Notes: generated by a model not told the origin, from the sequence alone. Counted from the stretch's first letter, positions 26,085 through 35,854 are shown. The stretch: DNA of 64,000 nt from an uncultured bacterium (GCA_963798465.1 CAWCTC010000001.1:592465-656464), one strand, 5' to 3'. Numbers and translations are program-made.

Positions 26085-26837
26085 TTAAAAAAGTTTTCCG
26101 AGATAATGCTTCAAAGTATAAATCCAGTCTTCATCACCAGCTTCATTTTTCAGCTTTTCAGAAAGAAGCCATTCGAGATATCTTTTATCAGTCTTTGCAA
26201 CTTCCTCTAAAGTTTTATCTTTATATTTTCCAAAATTAAATTTACCGAACAAGCTCGGAGTCGAGGAAATTTCCACCATTTTTTCAATCGCTTTTTCATC
26301 ACTTCCCTCTTCAGCTTTTACTTTTTCAAAAAGTCGCATAAAAAGCGCATAAAGAACTTTCACATCATCTTCGGCTTCGTGTGCGTGAGCATCGACATCA
26401 AGATCCAAATAATATCTCAGATATTGCAGATTGTATTCTGGAATTTTATTTTCTTTGTCCAAAAATCTTGCCACGCGCAAAGTGTCGATATATTTCGGTG
26501 TTTTTATTCCCTCGGCTTCAAGCATTGCGATATCAAACTTCGCATTGTGAGCTACGAGAATTCCATCTTTCAAAATTTTCTTCAATTCTTTCTGCATCTC
26601 ACTTCCCTCAAAACATCCTTTATCAGCGAGCATTTTGTTTGTAATATGGGTAATACTCATAGACTTCACAGACATTGGTAATGGCGGTTTGAAATAACAA
26701 GTTTTGATTTCTTTTGATGTTTTATAGCAAACCTGGCAAAGTCTGTCTTTGCCAATTTCATTTCCAGTCGTTTCAGTATCCAAAAAAATTAATTTTCCTG
26801 TCCCGTGTGAATTTTCGCTTAGTTTTGAATTTATCAT
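26085..26837 (-). CDS. DEDD-type 3'-5' exonuclease (ExoX/DnaQ-like) with DUF3820-like C-terminal domain
   Basis: IFLDTETTG (Exo I), VAHNAKFDIAMLE (Exo II), HEAEDD (Exo III), C-terminal FGKYKDKTLEEVAKTDKRYLEWLL. The N-terminal MINSKLSENSHGTGK is encoded by H2. Confidence 0.75.
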   Translation of the reverse strand: MINSKLSENSHGTGKLIFLDTETTGNEIGKDRLCQVCYKTSKEIKTCYFKPPLPMSVKSMSITHITNKMLADKGCFEGSEMQKELKKILKDGILVAHNAKFDIAMLEAEGIKTPKYIDTLRVARFLDKENKIPEYNLQYLRYYLDLDVDAHAHEAEDDVKVLYALFMRLFEKVKAEEGSDEKAIEKMVEISSTPSLFGKFNFGKYKDKTLEEVAKTDKRYLEWLLSEKLKNEAGDEDWIYTLKHYLGKLF

Positions 26838-26905
26838 AAGATTATGTTTATTAAATATCTTTTATATTTACGATATAGATTATTCTTGTAAAATTCTTTA
26901 CGGGG
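26802..26905 (-). promoter_or_regulatory. H2 element copy, around the exonuclease start
   Basis: Arms CCCCGTAAAGAATTTT (26905->26890) and GAAAATTCACACGGG (26816->26802). TTTACA follows the 5' arm. The ATG at 26837 is in the loop. Confidence 0.55.
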
Positions 26906-26948
26906 TCCATGAACCATATTATACTAAAAATAGTTTAAAAAACTAATC

Positions 26949-26984
26949 AAAAAAGGGCGGCACCTTCGGTGCCGCCCTTTTTTG
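26949..26984. terminator. Bidirectional GC-rich terminator (same core as 9647..9669)
   Basis: AAAAAAGGGCGGCACCTTCGGTGCCGCCCTTTTTTG. Confidence 0.85.
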
Positions 26985-26999
26985 ATTTTGCATTACAAA

Positions 27000-27599
27000 T
27001 TACATTCCGAGCATCGCCTCAAACTTTGAGTAAACTTCTTTCATAAGGTCGCCTGCTTTTGGATTTCCCCAATCATGCATCCATTCTGAAACGACCGAAA
27101 GAAGAGTCGTCGGAACAACTCCAACTTGAGTCATTCTCTTTATTCCATTTTTATGTGCGCATTTTGAAGCATCACCAGCTGCATCCATGAGCCCATAAAC
27201 TTCATAACCTTCTTTAATTGCATGTAGTGCGGTGTAACAAAAACACATGCTCGTCCACAAACCTGAAATTATAATTTTCTTTTTTCCAATTTTTTTCAAC
27301 TCAGCCAAAACAGCTTCGTCTTCAAGAGCATCAAAACTTGGCATCTTTCTGTCAAAAACTTTTTGTCCGGGAAGAATTTCTGAAATTTCTTTTATTACAT
27401 CTCCATTATATTTTGGAGTGATTACTGAAAGCACTACAGGAACGTCCAAAATCTTTGCCGCTTTCACAGCTCCGACTGCTGCATTTTTAATTGTAGTTCT
27501 GTTTCCTGAACCGACTCCTCGAAACATAGCTGGCTGATAATCCACCAAAAGCAAAACGCTATTCTTCGCACTCAATAGTTCCAATTTATTTTTGTCCAT
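27000..27599 (-). CDS. Isochorismatase-family cysteine hydrolase (YcaC-like)
   Basis: VLLLVDYQPAMF and SGLWTSMCFCYTALHA (nucleophilic Cys context). Confidence 0.75.
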   Translation of the reverse strand: MDKNKLELLSAKNSVLLLVDYQPAMFRGVGSGNRTTIKNAAVGAVKAAKILDVPVVLSVITPKYNGDVIKEISEILPGQKVFDRKMPSFDALEDEAVLAELKKIGKKKIIISGLWTSMCFCYTALHAIKEGYEVYGLMDAAGDASKCAHKNGIKRMTQVGVVPTTLLSVVSEWMHDWGNPKAGDLMKEVYSKFEAMLGM

Positions 27600-27660
27600 A
27601 ATAATTAATTAAACTAATAAATAAACTTTGGACATCACGCGTCTCTAAATTCTTGCCAAA

Positions 27661-28875
27661 TTATACCACAAATGATTTTTTGCTTTTCCACATTGTAGAA
27701 ATTGCAAAGAAAATAAGTCCCAAAATAACTATTCCGCCGGAAACTAAGAATGCCGTTGTTGAGCCATATGCTTGCCACAAAAATCCGCCACCGATTCCAG
27801 CTATCAAAGCTCCAAAACCAACTGCAGCATTTAAAAGTCCCATCGCACTGCCGCGAACTTCATTGTCAGAAATTTTCGCTGTAAGCGAGCGCTGGACGCC
27901 ATCGGTAAGAGCCGGGAATAAACCGAGCAATAAGAAACTAAAAGCTAGAATCCACGGCGAATGCGCGAGATTCAGGAAAAAATAACTGATCAGAAGAATA
28001 AAGTATCCGATGAATATTATTATCCTTGTGCCGAATTTGTCGCTCATTTTTCCGGCGAACATTGAGAAGCCTGCGTATGAAAGATTATAAATCATGTAAA
28101 AAAGCGGAATGTCGGCAATCATAAGTCCGATTGATTCAGTTTTCAAAAGTATGACGGCTATCGGCAAGCTTCCGATAGATAAAATAAAAATCGCAATGAT
28201 AAATAATTTGAATTTTCCGGAAAGATTTTTGAAGCCCGAAATAAAACTTGTTTTTGCTTTTGCATTTTTAATCGCGACATCCGAAATAAAAAATAAAGTT
28301 AAAATTGTAAAAATTCCAACGACAAACGCCGTCAAAAATACCGTATTGAAATGCAAAGGGTAAAATCTCAAAATCAGATAAGCGACAAGCGGTCCGAGAA
28401 TCGAACCCATTGTGTCCATCGCCCTGTGATATCCGAAAGACCTGCCGAGCTCTTCTTTCGGCGAAGAAAGAGAAATTATCGCATCGCGCGGAGGATCACG
28501 AAATCCCTTTCCTATCCTGTCAGCGACGCGAAGTCCGAGTGCCGCGCCGACTGTTGAAGTAAAAATATAAAAAGGCCTCGTCAGAACAGAAAAAACGTAA
28601 CCGAAAACAATAAGTGGCTTTCTACTTTGGAATTTATCTGAAATAACTCCGGAAAATATTTTGAAAAAATTCGAAAGTCCTTCCGCAACTCCGTCAACGA
28701 GCCCGAGCGAAGCTGCGCCGGCTTTCAAAACAGAAGTGAAAAACGCCGGAAAAACCGCAAAGACCATCTCCGATGAAAAATCATTGAAAAGACTCGTGAG
28801 TCCAAGAAAGAAAATATTTTTCGGGAGTCCCAAAATTCTTTTTTCAGTTTTTATTTCTTGAATCGGCTGTTCCAT
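27661..28875 (-). CDS. MFS transporter
   Basis: About 12 predicted TM helices, and GKMSDKFGTR, a typical MFS loop 2-3-like motif. Confidence 0.75.
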   Translation of the reverse strand: MEQPIQEIKTEKRILGLPKNIFFLGLTSLFNDFSSEMVFAVFPAFFTSVLKAGAASLGLVDGVAEGLSNFFKIFSGVISDKFQSRKPLIVFGYVFSVLTRPFYIFTSTVGAALGLRVADRIGKGFRDPPRDAIISLSSPKEELGRSFGYHRAMDTMGSILGPLVAYLILRFYPLHFNTVFLTAFVVGIFTILTLFFISDVAIKNAKAKTSFISGFKNLSGKFKLFIIAIFILSIGSLPIAVILLKTESIGLMIADIPLFYMIYNLSYAGFSMFAGKMSDKFGTRIIIFIGYFILLISYFFLNLAHSPWILAFSFLLLGLFPALTDGVQRSLTAKISDNEVRGSAMGLLNAAVGFGALIAGIGGGFLWQAYGSTTAFLVSGGIVILGLIFFAISTMWKSKKSFVV

Positions 28876-28884
28876 ATTCTTGAA

Positions 28885-29292
28885 TTATATCATTTTTCTA
28901 TTCATCCAAGTCACGGTCAATTGCAAAACTGTGGCGAAAGAAACCCATAAAAGGTAAGGAATATTCACATAGACAATCCAGCTCACGTAAGGAAAAATCG
29001 CAAGAAAAATCCAAACTATCGTTCCCAGGACCAAAAGAATATCGAGACTGGCGAGATAATTATTCTTCAGGCCGAATTGAATCGGAACAAAAATAAAGTT
29101 GAAAATAAGATTGAGGATGAATGGAAGAAGAACAATGAATGGTATTTCATTTTTGAAAAACAAATAGCCGGCATATCCAAAAGAAATGAATATCAAAACA
29201 TAAAGAAAAGTCCACACCGGACCAAAAAGCCACGCTGGCGGTGCAAATTTCGGTTTTTTGAGTTGTGAGTACCAGGAATATGTAGTGAACAT
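28885..29292 (-). CDS. tspO: TspO/MBR family tryptophan-rich sensory protein
   Basis: WYSQLKKPKFAPPAWLFGPVWTFLY and five hydrophobic helices. Confidence 0.8.
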   Translation of the reverse strand: MFTTYSWYSQLKKPKFAPPAWLFGPVWTFLYVLIFISFGYAGYLFFKNEIPFIVLLPFILNLIFNFIFVPIQFGLKNNYLASLDILLVLGTIVWIFLAIFPYVSWIVYVNIPYLLWVSFATVLQLTVTWMNRKMI

Positions 29293-29305
29293 AATATTTA
29301 TATAA

Positions 29306-30709
29306 TTATTTGTTTAAACCATCTTGCAATTCCATATCGCTAATTACTGCACCAATTTGTTTTTGTTTTAACGACAAAAGCGGCTGAATTAAACTTATTT
29401 GAAAATCTTCTTTTCCATCTCCGTCAATATCGTATGAAATGGGACCGATATCGCCAGTCGTTGACATTGGAATTGTTGCAATTGAATATGGAGTGGTTGG
29501 AATATAAGTGTCGAGAATCGCGCAAGAATTGTCATCAGATGCGATGCGAAGACTCGCCATTCCATATTTTTTTCCAGTGATCACGATCTTTCCGTCAAAA
29601 ACATTTTCTATATCGAAAAGATTAACCGATCCGAAAGTTGATAACTGCACATCGGGTATTTCTTGCTGAGATTGTCCTTGAACAGAAAAACCAGGTATCG
29701 GCGGTAAAAATCCTGTATGATCTCCTTTTGTATCATACATATCAATAGTGGCATCATCGCTATCAACACTCAAATACAATTCACCGGTAAAAACATCCGT
29801 CGTGGTTGCATTGGTGACTACGGACGTGCTTGATGCATCACATCCATAATCCTGTGACGCCGGATAAGTTGCACTCATATCAAAAAATGGTCCAGTTCTC
29901 AAAGCTGTGAGAAGATTTTCTCTGCGTGTTGCTGCTACGCCAGAAAGCGACGACTGCACTGGGTTCGGAACAGTAATTGCTGTCGTTGTCGATTTATCAA
30001 ATGTAAATGTATTTAAAACCGCGACTGATGTAGAAGCAACTTGTTTCAAATAAGTTCCAAGAAGTGCCGGTGTATTGCTTGCCGGAGACAAATAACTTGC
30101 GTAATAAATATATCCGCTTTTGCGAGCAAAAATATTATTCTGAATGTAATTTATTTTTTTATTCAAATCTTCAATCACGTCCGTGAGCTGATATCCACTT
30201 ACTCCGCCAAGAGTCGCGGAGGTTACTTTTTCAGACAGCGTTTTTGTTTTATCATCACTATCAGAAGTAGAACTAGAATTATTGAGAAAATTTTTCGCCC
30301 AAATTTTTAAATCCCCGCCTTTTGAATTATCCTGAATTGCAGCAATATCAAAACTACCCATCAGCATCTCATTCGTAATCAATTCCGAAACTTGTTCTGT
30401 AGAACTTGCATCAGGAAAAACAATTGCTGGATTTAAAATAAATGCAACCGAAAACATGCCGGCATCGCCGATCATCGCGCCAATTTGTTTGTATGGATAT
30501 TGGAAAGAAAAACCGAGATTGCTTGAGACAGTTCCCCAATCTTTAATAATCGGAACAGTTTTTATTTTTTGAGTACTGGTCTGCAAACCAACAACTGAAG
30601 ATAAAACCGTAGCAAAATTAATATCGGCAGAAAAATATTTATCAGCTAAAAAAGAAGAGGCTACGGCAAATAAAATTATAATCCCCGCAATCAATAATAT
30701 TTTTTTCAT
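29306..30709 (-). CDS. Membrane-anchored or secreted hypothetical protein with C-terminal DxDGDG (calcium-binding-like) motif
   Basis: N-terminal TM helix. YDIDGDGKEDFQISL near the C-terminus; a similar motif (VDENGDGKIEFTL) occurs in the 32552..35447 protein. Confidence 0.55.
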   Translation of the reverse strand: MKKILLIAGIIILFAVASSFLADKYFSADINFATVLSSVVGLQTSTQKIKTVPIIKDWGTVSSNLGFSFQYPYKQIGAMIGDAGMFSVAFILNPAIVFPDASSTEQVSELITNEMLMGSFDIAAIQDNSKGGDLKIWAKNFLNNSSSTSDSDDKTKTLSEKVTSATLGGVSGYQLTDVIEDLNKKINYIQNNIFARKSGYIYYASYLSPASNTPALLGTYLKQVASTSVAVLNTFTFDKSTTTAITVPNPVQSSLSGVAATRRENLLTALRTGPFFDMSATYPASQDYGCDASSTSVVTNATTTDVFTGELYLSVDSDDATIDMYDTKGDHTGFLPPIPGFSVQGQSQQEIPDVQLSTFGSVNLFDIENVFDGKIVITGKKYGMASLRIASDDNSCAILDTYIPTTPYSIATIPMSTTGDIGPISYDIDGDGKEDFQISLIQPLLSLKQKQIGAVISDMELQDGLNK

Positions 30710-30720
30710 TGTTTGATTAA

Positions 30721-30879
30721 TTATTTTCTGTCAGTTATTATAACAGCTTTTTTATTCAAAAACTTTTTAAGATAAACGGGGTTCTTGACTGAAATTCCAT
30801 CGGCCATTTTGACTTCAATTAATTCGCCGTATTTTTCGGCTACTTTATCCAATTTTTTAATAAATTCTTTTAATTTCAT
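30721..30879 (-). CDS. Small protein, 52 aa, directly downstream of the DpnI-like gene
   Basis: ATG at 30879, 7 nt after the DpnI-like stop. Sequence is MKLKEFIKKLDKVAEKYGELIEVKMADGISVKNPVYLKKFLNKKAVIITDRK. Confidence 0.4.
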   Translation of the reverse strand: MKLKEFIKKLDKVAEKYGELIEVKMADGISVKNPVYLKKFLNKKAVIITDRK

Positions 30880-30886
30880 ACTAAGA

Positions 30887-31654
30887 TTATATTAATTTGT
30901 ATAAACCGTTACCAATAAATTCTAAATATTTTTTATTTCTCAAAAATTGCAATTGTTGCCTAATTTTCGGTTTAATATTTTTATTTTCAGGATGAATAAT
31001 TTGCAAATCTTTTTCAAAATTATAAATATCTTGTAAAGAAAACTCTTTCTTTTCTAAAGAATCAATGCAATTCATAATATCCAAAATCCAGCCTTTTGCA
31101 TCTGTCTTTTTAATTTTCTTCAAAAAGACCGTTTTCTGCCATTTTTCTAAAATATCCTTTTTTGAAATTTCTTTTCCATTTTCCACATAAAAAATCTGTC
31201 CCGCTTTTGGTATTTTTAAAAATAAGATATTTGAACCAATCCAACCGGCTCTTCTCGCTGTATTTTTCAGCGGTTTTCTTTTTTCAATAATTTCGGGAAT
31301 GAAAAAATATTTTGGGACAACAAAGAAATCATTTACACTTAGCGATTGCAAATAGGCCATGAAAAATAAATTTGGCTTTTTCGCAGAGTTTATTCTTTCA
31401 ATCATTTTTGAATAAGCTCCTGCAGGAACTTTTTTCCCAATATTCCCTTTCTTTGATTTTAGTTCGAAATCTTCCAGACATTTGTCACAATAAAAATCCG
31501 CAACAGGTTTATTATTATCATATTTTGTAATTTTTAAATTTCCACAATTTGGACAAAATATTTCATTAGAAACCCAACCCTCAGACAAAACACGAGCTTT
31601 TTGAGAAAAAGAATTGTATTTACTTGCCAATTTTACATCAAAAGATAAATTCAT
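30887..31654 (-). CDS. DpnI-family methyl-directed (G-m6A-TC) type IIM restriction endonuclease homolog
   Basis: Similar along its full length to my recollection of S. pneumoniae R.DpnI: SQKARVLSEGWV, FCPNCGN, KPVADFYC..C.EDFELKSKKGN, TARRAGWIGSNI, KGWILDIMNCID, IRQQLQFLR. Confidence 0.8.
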   Translation of the reverse strand: MNLSFDVKLASKYNSFSQKARVLSEGWVSNEIFCPNCGNLKITKYDNNKPVADFYCDKCLEDFELKSKKGNIGKKVPAGAYSKMIERINSAKKPNLFFMAYLQSLSVNDFFVVPKYFFIPEIIEKRKPLKNTARRAGWIGSNILFLKIPKAGQIFYVENGKEISKKDILEKWQKTVFLKKIKKTDAKGWILDIMNCIDSLEKKEFSLQDIYNFEKDLQIIHPENKNIKPKIRQQLQFLRNKKYLEFIGNGLYKLI

Positions 31655-31669
31655 ATAAATCTTAATTAA

Positions 31670-32107
31670 TCAATTTTTCTTTTTAAGAAAATAAACCTTT
31701 ATCACTTGAACAATAATGATAATTAGAGAAATTAAAACAAATAAGATATCAGCAAGTATGAGTACACCTCCCCTAATAGTTATACTCAAGAGAGTACCAT
31801 TGGCGCCAGTATTCGGTGTCAACATGATAAATAAAATAGAAACTGGCAACCAAATACAAGTATATATTATCCACGAACGAAAAACTCTATCATTAAGAAA
31901 ATATGTAATTAAAGAAAATGGAAATATAAATACTGAAATATATGATAAAAAAGTCAAAATAAATGAATTCAATATATCTATTAAAAATCCACAATGCCCA
32001 TTTAAATAGCAATAATTACTTATTTCATCATATCTAAATAGCAAGAAAAAAAATATTAATGTAAAAATAAAAGAAACGATTAAAATAATATTTTTTGTTT
32101 TTTTCAT
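31670..32107 (-). CDS. Four-TM membrane protein, paralog 2 of a tandem pair
   Basis: MKKTKNIILIVS start and IIIVQVIKVYFLKKKN end. Paralogous to 32112..32546. Confidence 0.6.
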   Translation of the reverse strand: MKKTKNIILIVSFIFTLIFFFLLFRYDEISNYCYLNGHCGFLIDILNSFILTFLSYISVFIFPFSLITYFLNDRVFRSWIIYTCIWLPVSILFIMLTPNTGANGTLLSITIRGGVLILADILFVLISLIIIIVQVIKVYFLKKKN

Positions 32108-32111
32108 TTTA

Positions 32112-32546
32112 TTAATTGCTTTTCTTTTTCAAAAAATAAACCTGTATAACTTGAATGATAATTATAATTAAAGAAATAATGAAGAAAAGACAATACATAA
32201 GAAAAGATACAGCGCTATTGCTCAATAAATTTGGGAAATATGATGGACCGCTGGCAAACGAAACGAGAAAAACAAGAAGCATTGTGAGCGGAATCCACCA
32301 ATATGCAAATTTCAGCCAAGCAGAAATAATTTGATCTTTCATAAAATAAGTAATGATAGAGAGAATAAAAGTTGGAAGAGAAATTAAGAGAATAGTTGCA
32401 ATGTTAAATACAATATTTCCACAATCAAAACTATCGGCATAACCTAAAATAACACAAAATTGAGAAGTTGTAATAATATTTATATATATAATTAAGCCGG
32501 CAATAATACCTGAAACTACGAGTATTATATTTTTTGTTTTTTTCAT
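32112..32546 (-). CDS. Four-TM membrane protein, paralog 1 of a tandem pair
   Basis: MKKTKNIILVVS start and IIIIQVIQVYFLKKKSN end. Confidence 0.6.
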   Translation of the reverse strand: MKKTKNIILVVSGIIAGLIIYINIITTSQFCVILGYADSFDCGNIVFNIATILLISLPTFILSIITYFMKDQIISAWLKFAYWWIPLTMLLVFLVSFASGPSYFPNLLSNSAVSFLMYCLFFIISLIIIIIQVIQVYFLKKKSN

Positions 32547-32551
32547 TTTGA

Positions 32552-35447
32552 TTAGATAAATCTTATTCCAAAAAGCACTACGGCTAAAAACATGCTCAAC
32601 ACCAGCACTAGTTTAACATTAATCGGTGAATTTCCAACAACAGCAGTTTGTTTGTCATTCTGAGAAGCTGATATTGCGCTGGCTGGAATAATGTCATCGC
32701 TTTTTACTTTAACAATTTTCGTTGAAGATGAAATGATTTCTTTTGCCGGACTTGGAGAAATTATTGGAGACGAAGTTGATAGAAATATTTTTACTGCAAC
32801 TGCTGTCGAAGACGAAATTTCTTCCGCTGTAGGCAAAACTTGCGTCGAAGTCGAAGTAGTTTGACCCGTTGAAAACGGAAGAACATAAGGATATGAAAAA
32901 CCTCCACCTCCGCCGGCGGTTATCATCGCCGGATTACTATTTGACGCCGATGCAGTGGTAGCGGTAGTTGTCGCTGGAAAATCCGGAAAAACTATATTAT
33001 TAATTTCCGGAGAAAGCGTGAATTCAATTTTACCGTCGCCATTTTCATCGACAGTCAAAGGAGAAGAACTTCCTATATCGCCTCCGGCTGGAATATCAAT
33101 CGTGGCGATTGTGCTTGTCGATGAAGGTATTCCGGTAAAAGTTGTTGAAGCGGAAATATTATTTTCCGAAACTTCCTGAACATTAAGCGTAAACGATCCG
33201 CTTGAATATCCGCTCATCACTACATTTGCTCCGGAAGAAGCCGGGACGCTTATGTAAGTCACCTCGCCGAATGTTTGATAATCGCTTCCGGGAATATTTT
33301 GTTCGACTTGATTTGTTGTTGTGGAAAAGCCGGTGAAGTTTCCTTCGTCGTCATAAACGCCAAGATAGAGCGGTGAATGAAGGATAAAGTGAAGTTGTTT
33401 TCCGATATTTATTTCCGGCGGAGATGAAGTGGAAATATATGTCGGTAACGGGTTTGAATTTTTAGAAATAATATTTTTAATAAAATCAAGGAGATTTGTT
33501 ACTTCAAGAATATTCGCGTGAGAAAAAGGAAAAAGACCTAAAGCAATTTTGAAGGGATTATCAATATTATATTTATGTAAATCCACCCAATATTTTCCAG
33601 TGGTTGTTGCTGTGTCAGTCCATAATGCACTTGGCACAACAACCGTTCCATCGCCATCGCTTGTCATCACGGGATCATATTGCAAAACAGGCTCGATGAT
33701 AGGATGAAAGAGACATGGCATAAAACCAATTTGCAAAAGACAACTTGTATAACCCTGATAATAAGAAATTGTTTTCAAAGTATCCTCTCCCCATCCGGCG
33801 ATTTCTGTCAGATCAACTCCGGCAGGCGGAGTCCAATTATCAAGCTCGCCTTCGTGAAGATTTTCCGCACTATCCAAAAGATTTTCATTTGCCGAAGTTG
33901 GAAAAACAAGCGGATTCGTCACAGGCAAATCCGCGCGCGATGAGTCGTCAAGAAAATTATCCAGGCCTTGTTCCGAATTAATTTCACTTCCATATTTTTC
34001 CCGCCAAGAAGCAAGAAAATCTGAATTATCAAACGTGACAACCGGGTCGCTGACATCATTGAAAATATTGCGAGGACGGAAGAAGATTATATGCGGATGG
34101 CATATTTTGTCCAAGTTCGCGAGCATCTTCCGGCGAGAAAGTCATTGAGAGCCAAGTCAGCGGAAGCCCTGTATCAAATCCATGAAGAATTGCTCCGATT
34201 GCATTCGGCGTTCCTGTCTGCGGAACCGCGACAAAAATTATTTGATCGATAAGTTTTGAAGCATCCGGACCAAGCGCATCAGTCAGAGCTTTTGTTACAA
34301 GTCCGCCGTTTGAATGTGCGATGATTGTAACTTTTCCAGTTTGAGAACTTGCGGCAAGTTCTCGCAATTCATTTATGATATACGGACTTGAAGTCGAGCC
34401 TTTGTCGCCAGAATAATAAATTTTCCCGTCAGAAGTTTCATTTCCATTATTTAAAATATCTGCAAGCGACAGACGCCAGTCGTATGGCGCAGCCGCCCAG
34501 TCATTTATTGTGCCGGCAGATTTCATTTTATTCATCGTAGAAATAAACGAAGAATAAACATTCCCAACATAATACGCTGTATCAATTACATCTTTTGTAT
34601 AAAAATCTGGATTATTTGGCTCGCCGTCAGAATTTAAATCGAGAACAGAATTGTCGTGCAAAATTCCTGGTTCCCAAATTTTTTCTTCATTTCCATTGCC
34701 GTCTGTTTCATAAAGTCGGCTTCCTTCAAGACCTGGAATAAATAAAACATTTGAACAGCAAGTCGGCTTCGGCGGTTCAATGACTTCCACAGTTCTTGTT
34801 GACGAAGCGATATTTCCGGCGCCATCCGATACTGTATAAACAACAGAATACGTTCCGACTGTGGTCAGATCGACATCGCTTGAAGTCGAAATATTTTCAG
34901 TGATATCTCCGTCAATAGTATCCGAAGCTGTCGCTCCCGGATCCGTATAAATTTCTGTACTGCTCGCTGAAATTTTTAATGGATTGTCTCCCAAAATATT
35001 AATTATGGGAGCAGTTGGATCAAAAATATTATTGAAAGTGCAATTCACTGTATCATATGGAAAAACTCCAATTGATAACCCATTATCACAAGTTTCTGTA
35101 GTAACCCGAGAATCCGTGCTGGTGCAACTCACATCGGACATTTTCCAACTAGAAGTAGCAACTTGAGTAAGATATAAAGTGGAGGAGCCATTAAAATTAT
35201 AAATAGTTGTACCTGTAGAATAATTGCCTTGTCCATTTTGAGTTTCTATGCCGAATTGTTGAAAACTATACAACGGTGTGAGTAACTCCAAATTGTAATT
35301 AAATTCAGCATCTCCGCCGGAGCTATTTGTGATTACGTTAACAATCGAGTAAGGCAATCGAAAAGCATAAACTTTATTTAAAATAGAAAATAAAATTGCA
35401 AACAAAAAAATAACCAAACCGAATTTATAAAAAATATTTTTTATCAT
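32552..35447 (-). pseudogene. Large surface protein with Ig-like segment and alpha/beta-hydrolase (lipase-like) domain, split by one frameshift near 34056..34126
   Basis: N-terminal TM helix. DPGATASDTIDGDIT...YTVSDGAGN (DUF5011/HYR-type Ig-like). LFIPGLEGSRLY and IIAHSNGGLV (nucleophile elbow). Two ORFs overlap by 70 nt in different frames. Confidence 0.55.
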
Positions 35448-35596
35448 TATAATTTTATTATTGCAATTTTAAAAATCAATCTGCATGCATGGTATCATAG
35501 ATTGAATAATAACTATAAAAAAATGTGGATAATTTTTAAATTAATTCAATTGATAACCGAATAAAAAATCAAAAAATAGCATGACAAATTTCTTAC

Positions 35597-35625
35597 TTGA
35601 CCTTTGGTTTAATGTATGCTAATGT
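35597..35625 (+). promoter_or_regulatory. Sigma70-type promoter TTGACC-N17-TAATGT
   Basis: Exact 17-nt spacer. The TTG of the -35 box is the spurious start of track ORF 35597..35836. Confidence 0.6.
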
Positions 35626-35668
35626 ATTAGCGAAGTTATTTAAAATTTATATCAATTGGGAGGTTTCT

Positions 35669-35836
35669 ATGGTCATTTCAAAGGAAGATTTAGAAACAAA
35701 AGCAAGGAAAGATAAGAAAAGTTTCATCGGTAAAATCACCGACCTTCAGAAAAAAATCAAAGAAGAAACGGTAAAAGAAAACTTCCCGACAAAATTCCAC
35801 GGGAGCACGGTTGGCGACGCTATGCCGGCTGACTAA
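35669..35836 (+). CDS. Small protein, 55 aa
   Basis: GGGAGG lies 5 nt upstream of ATG 35669. Sequence is MVISKEDLETKARKDKKSFIGKITDLQKKIKEETVKENFPTKFHGSTVGDAMPAD. Confidence 0.55.
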   Translation: MVISKEDLETKARKDKKSFIGKITDLQKKIKEETVKENFPTKFHGSTVGDAMPAD

Positions 35837-35854
35837 TCTCCCAAAAACTAATTA

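Noticed and set aside
30680-30790. AACCCCGTTTATCTTAAAAAG (in the 52-aa ORF) and TTGCGGGGATT (in the start of the 467-aa gene) bracket a TGTTATAAT box, which looks H2-like.
   Set aside because: Only the CCCCG/CGGGG core pairs. The rest of the arms do not match the family, so it is too weak to call.
35597-35668. Track ORF starts at 35597 and 58577 (each a TTG) and the extended starts at 731, 25350, 46579, 60550 and 62019.
   Set aside because: The TTGs are the -35 hexamers of promoters. Internal ATGs with well-spaced SD sites, or canonical protein N-termini, are better starts.
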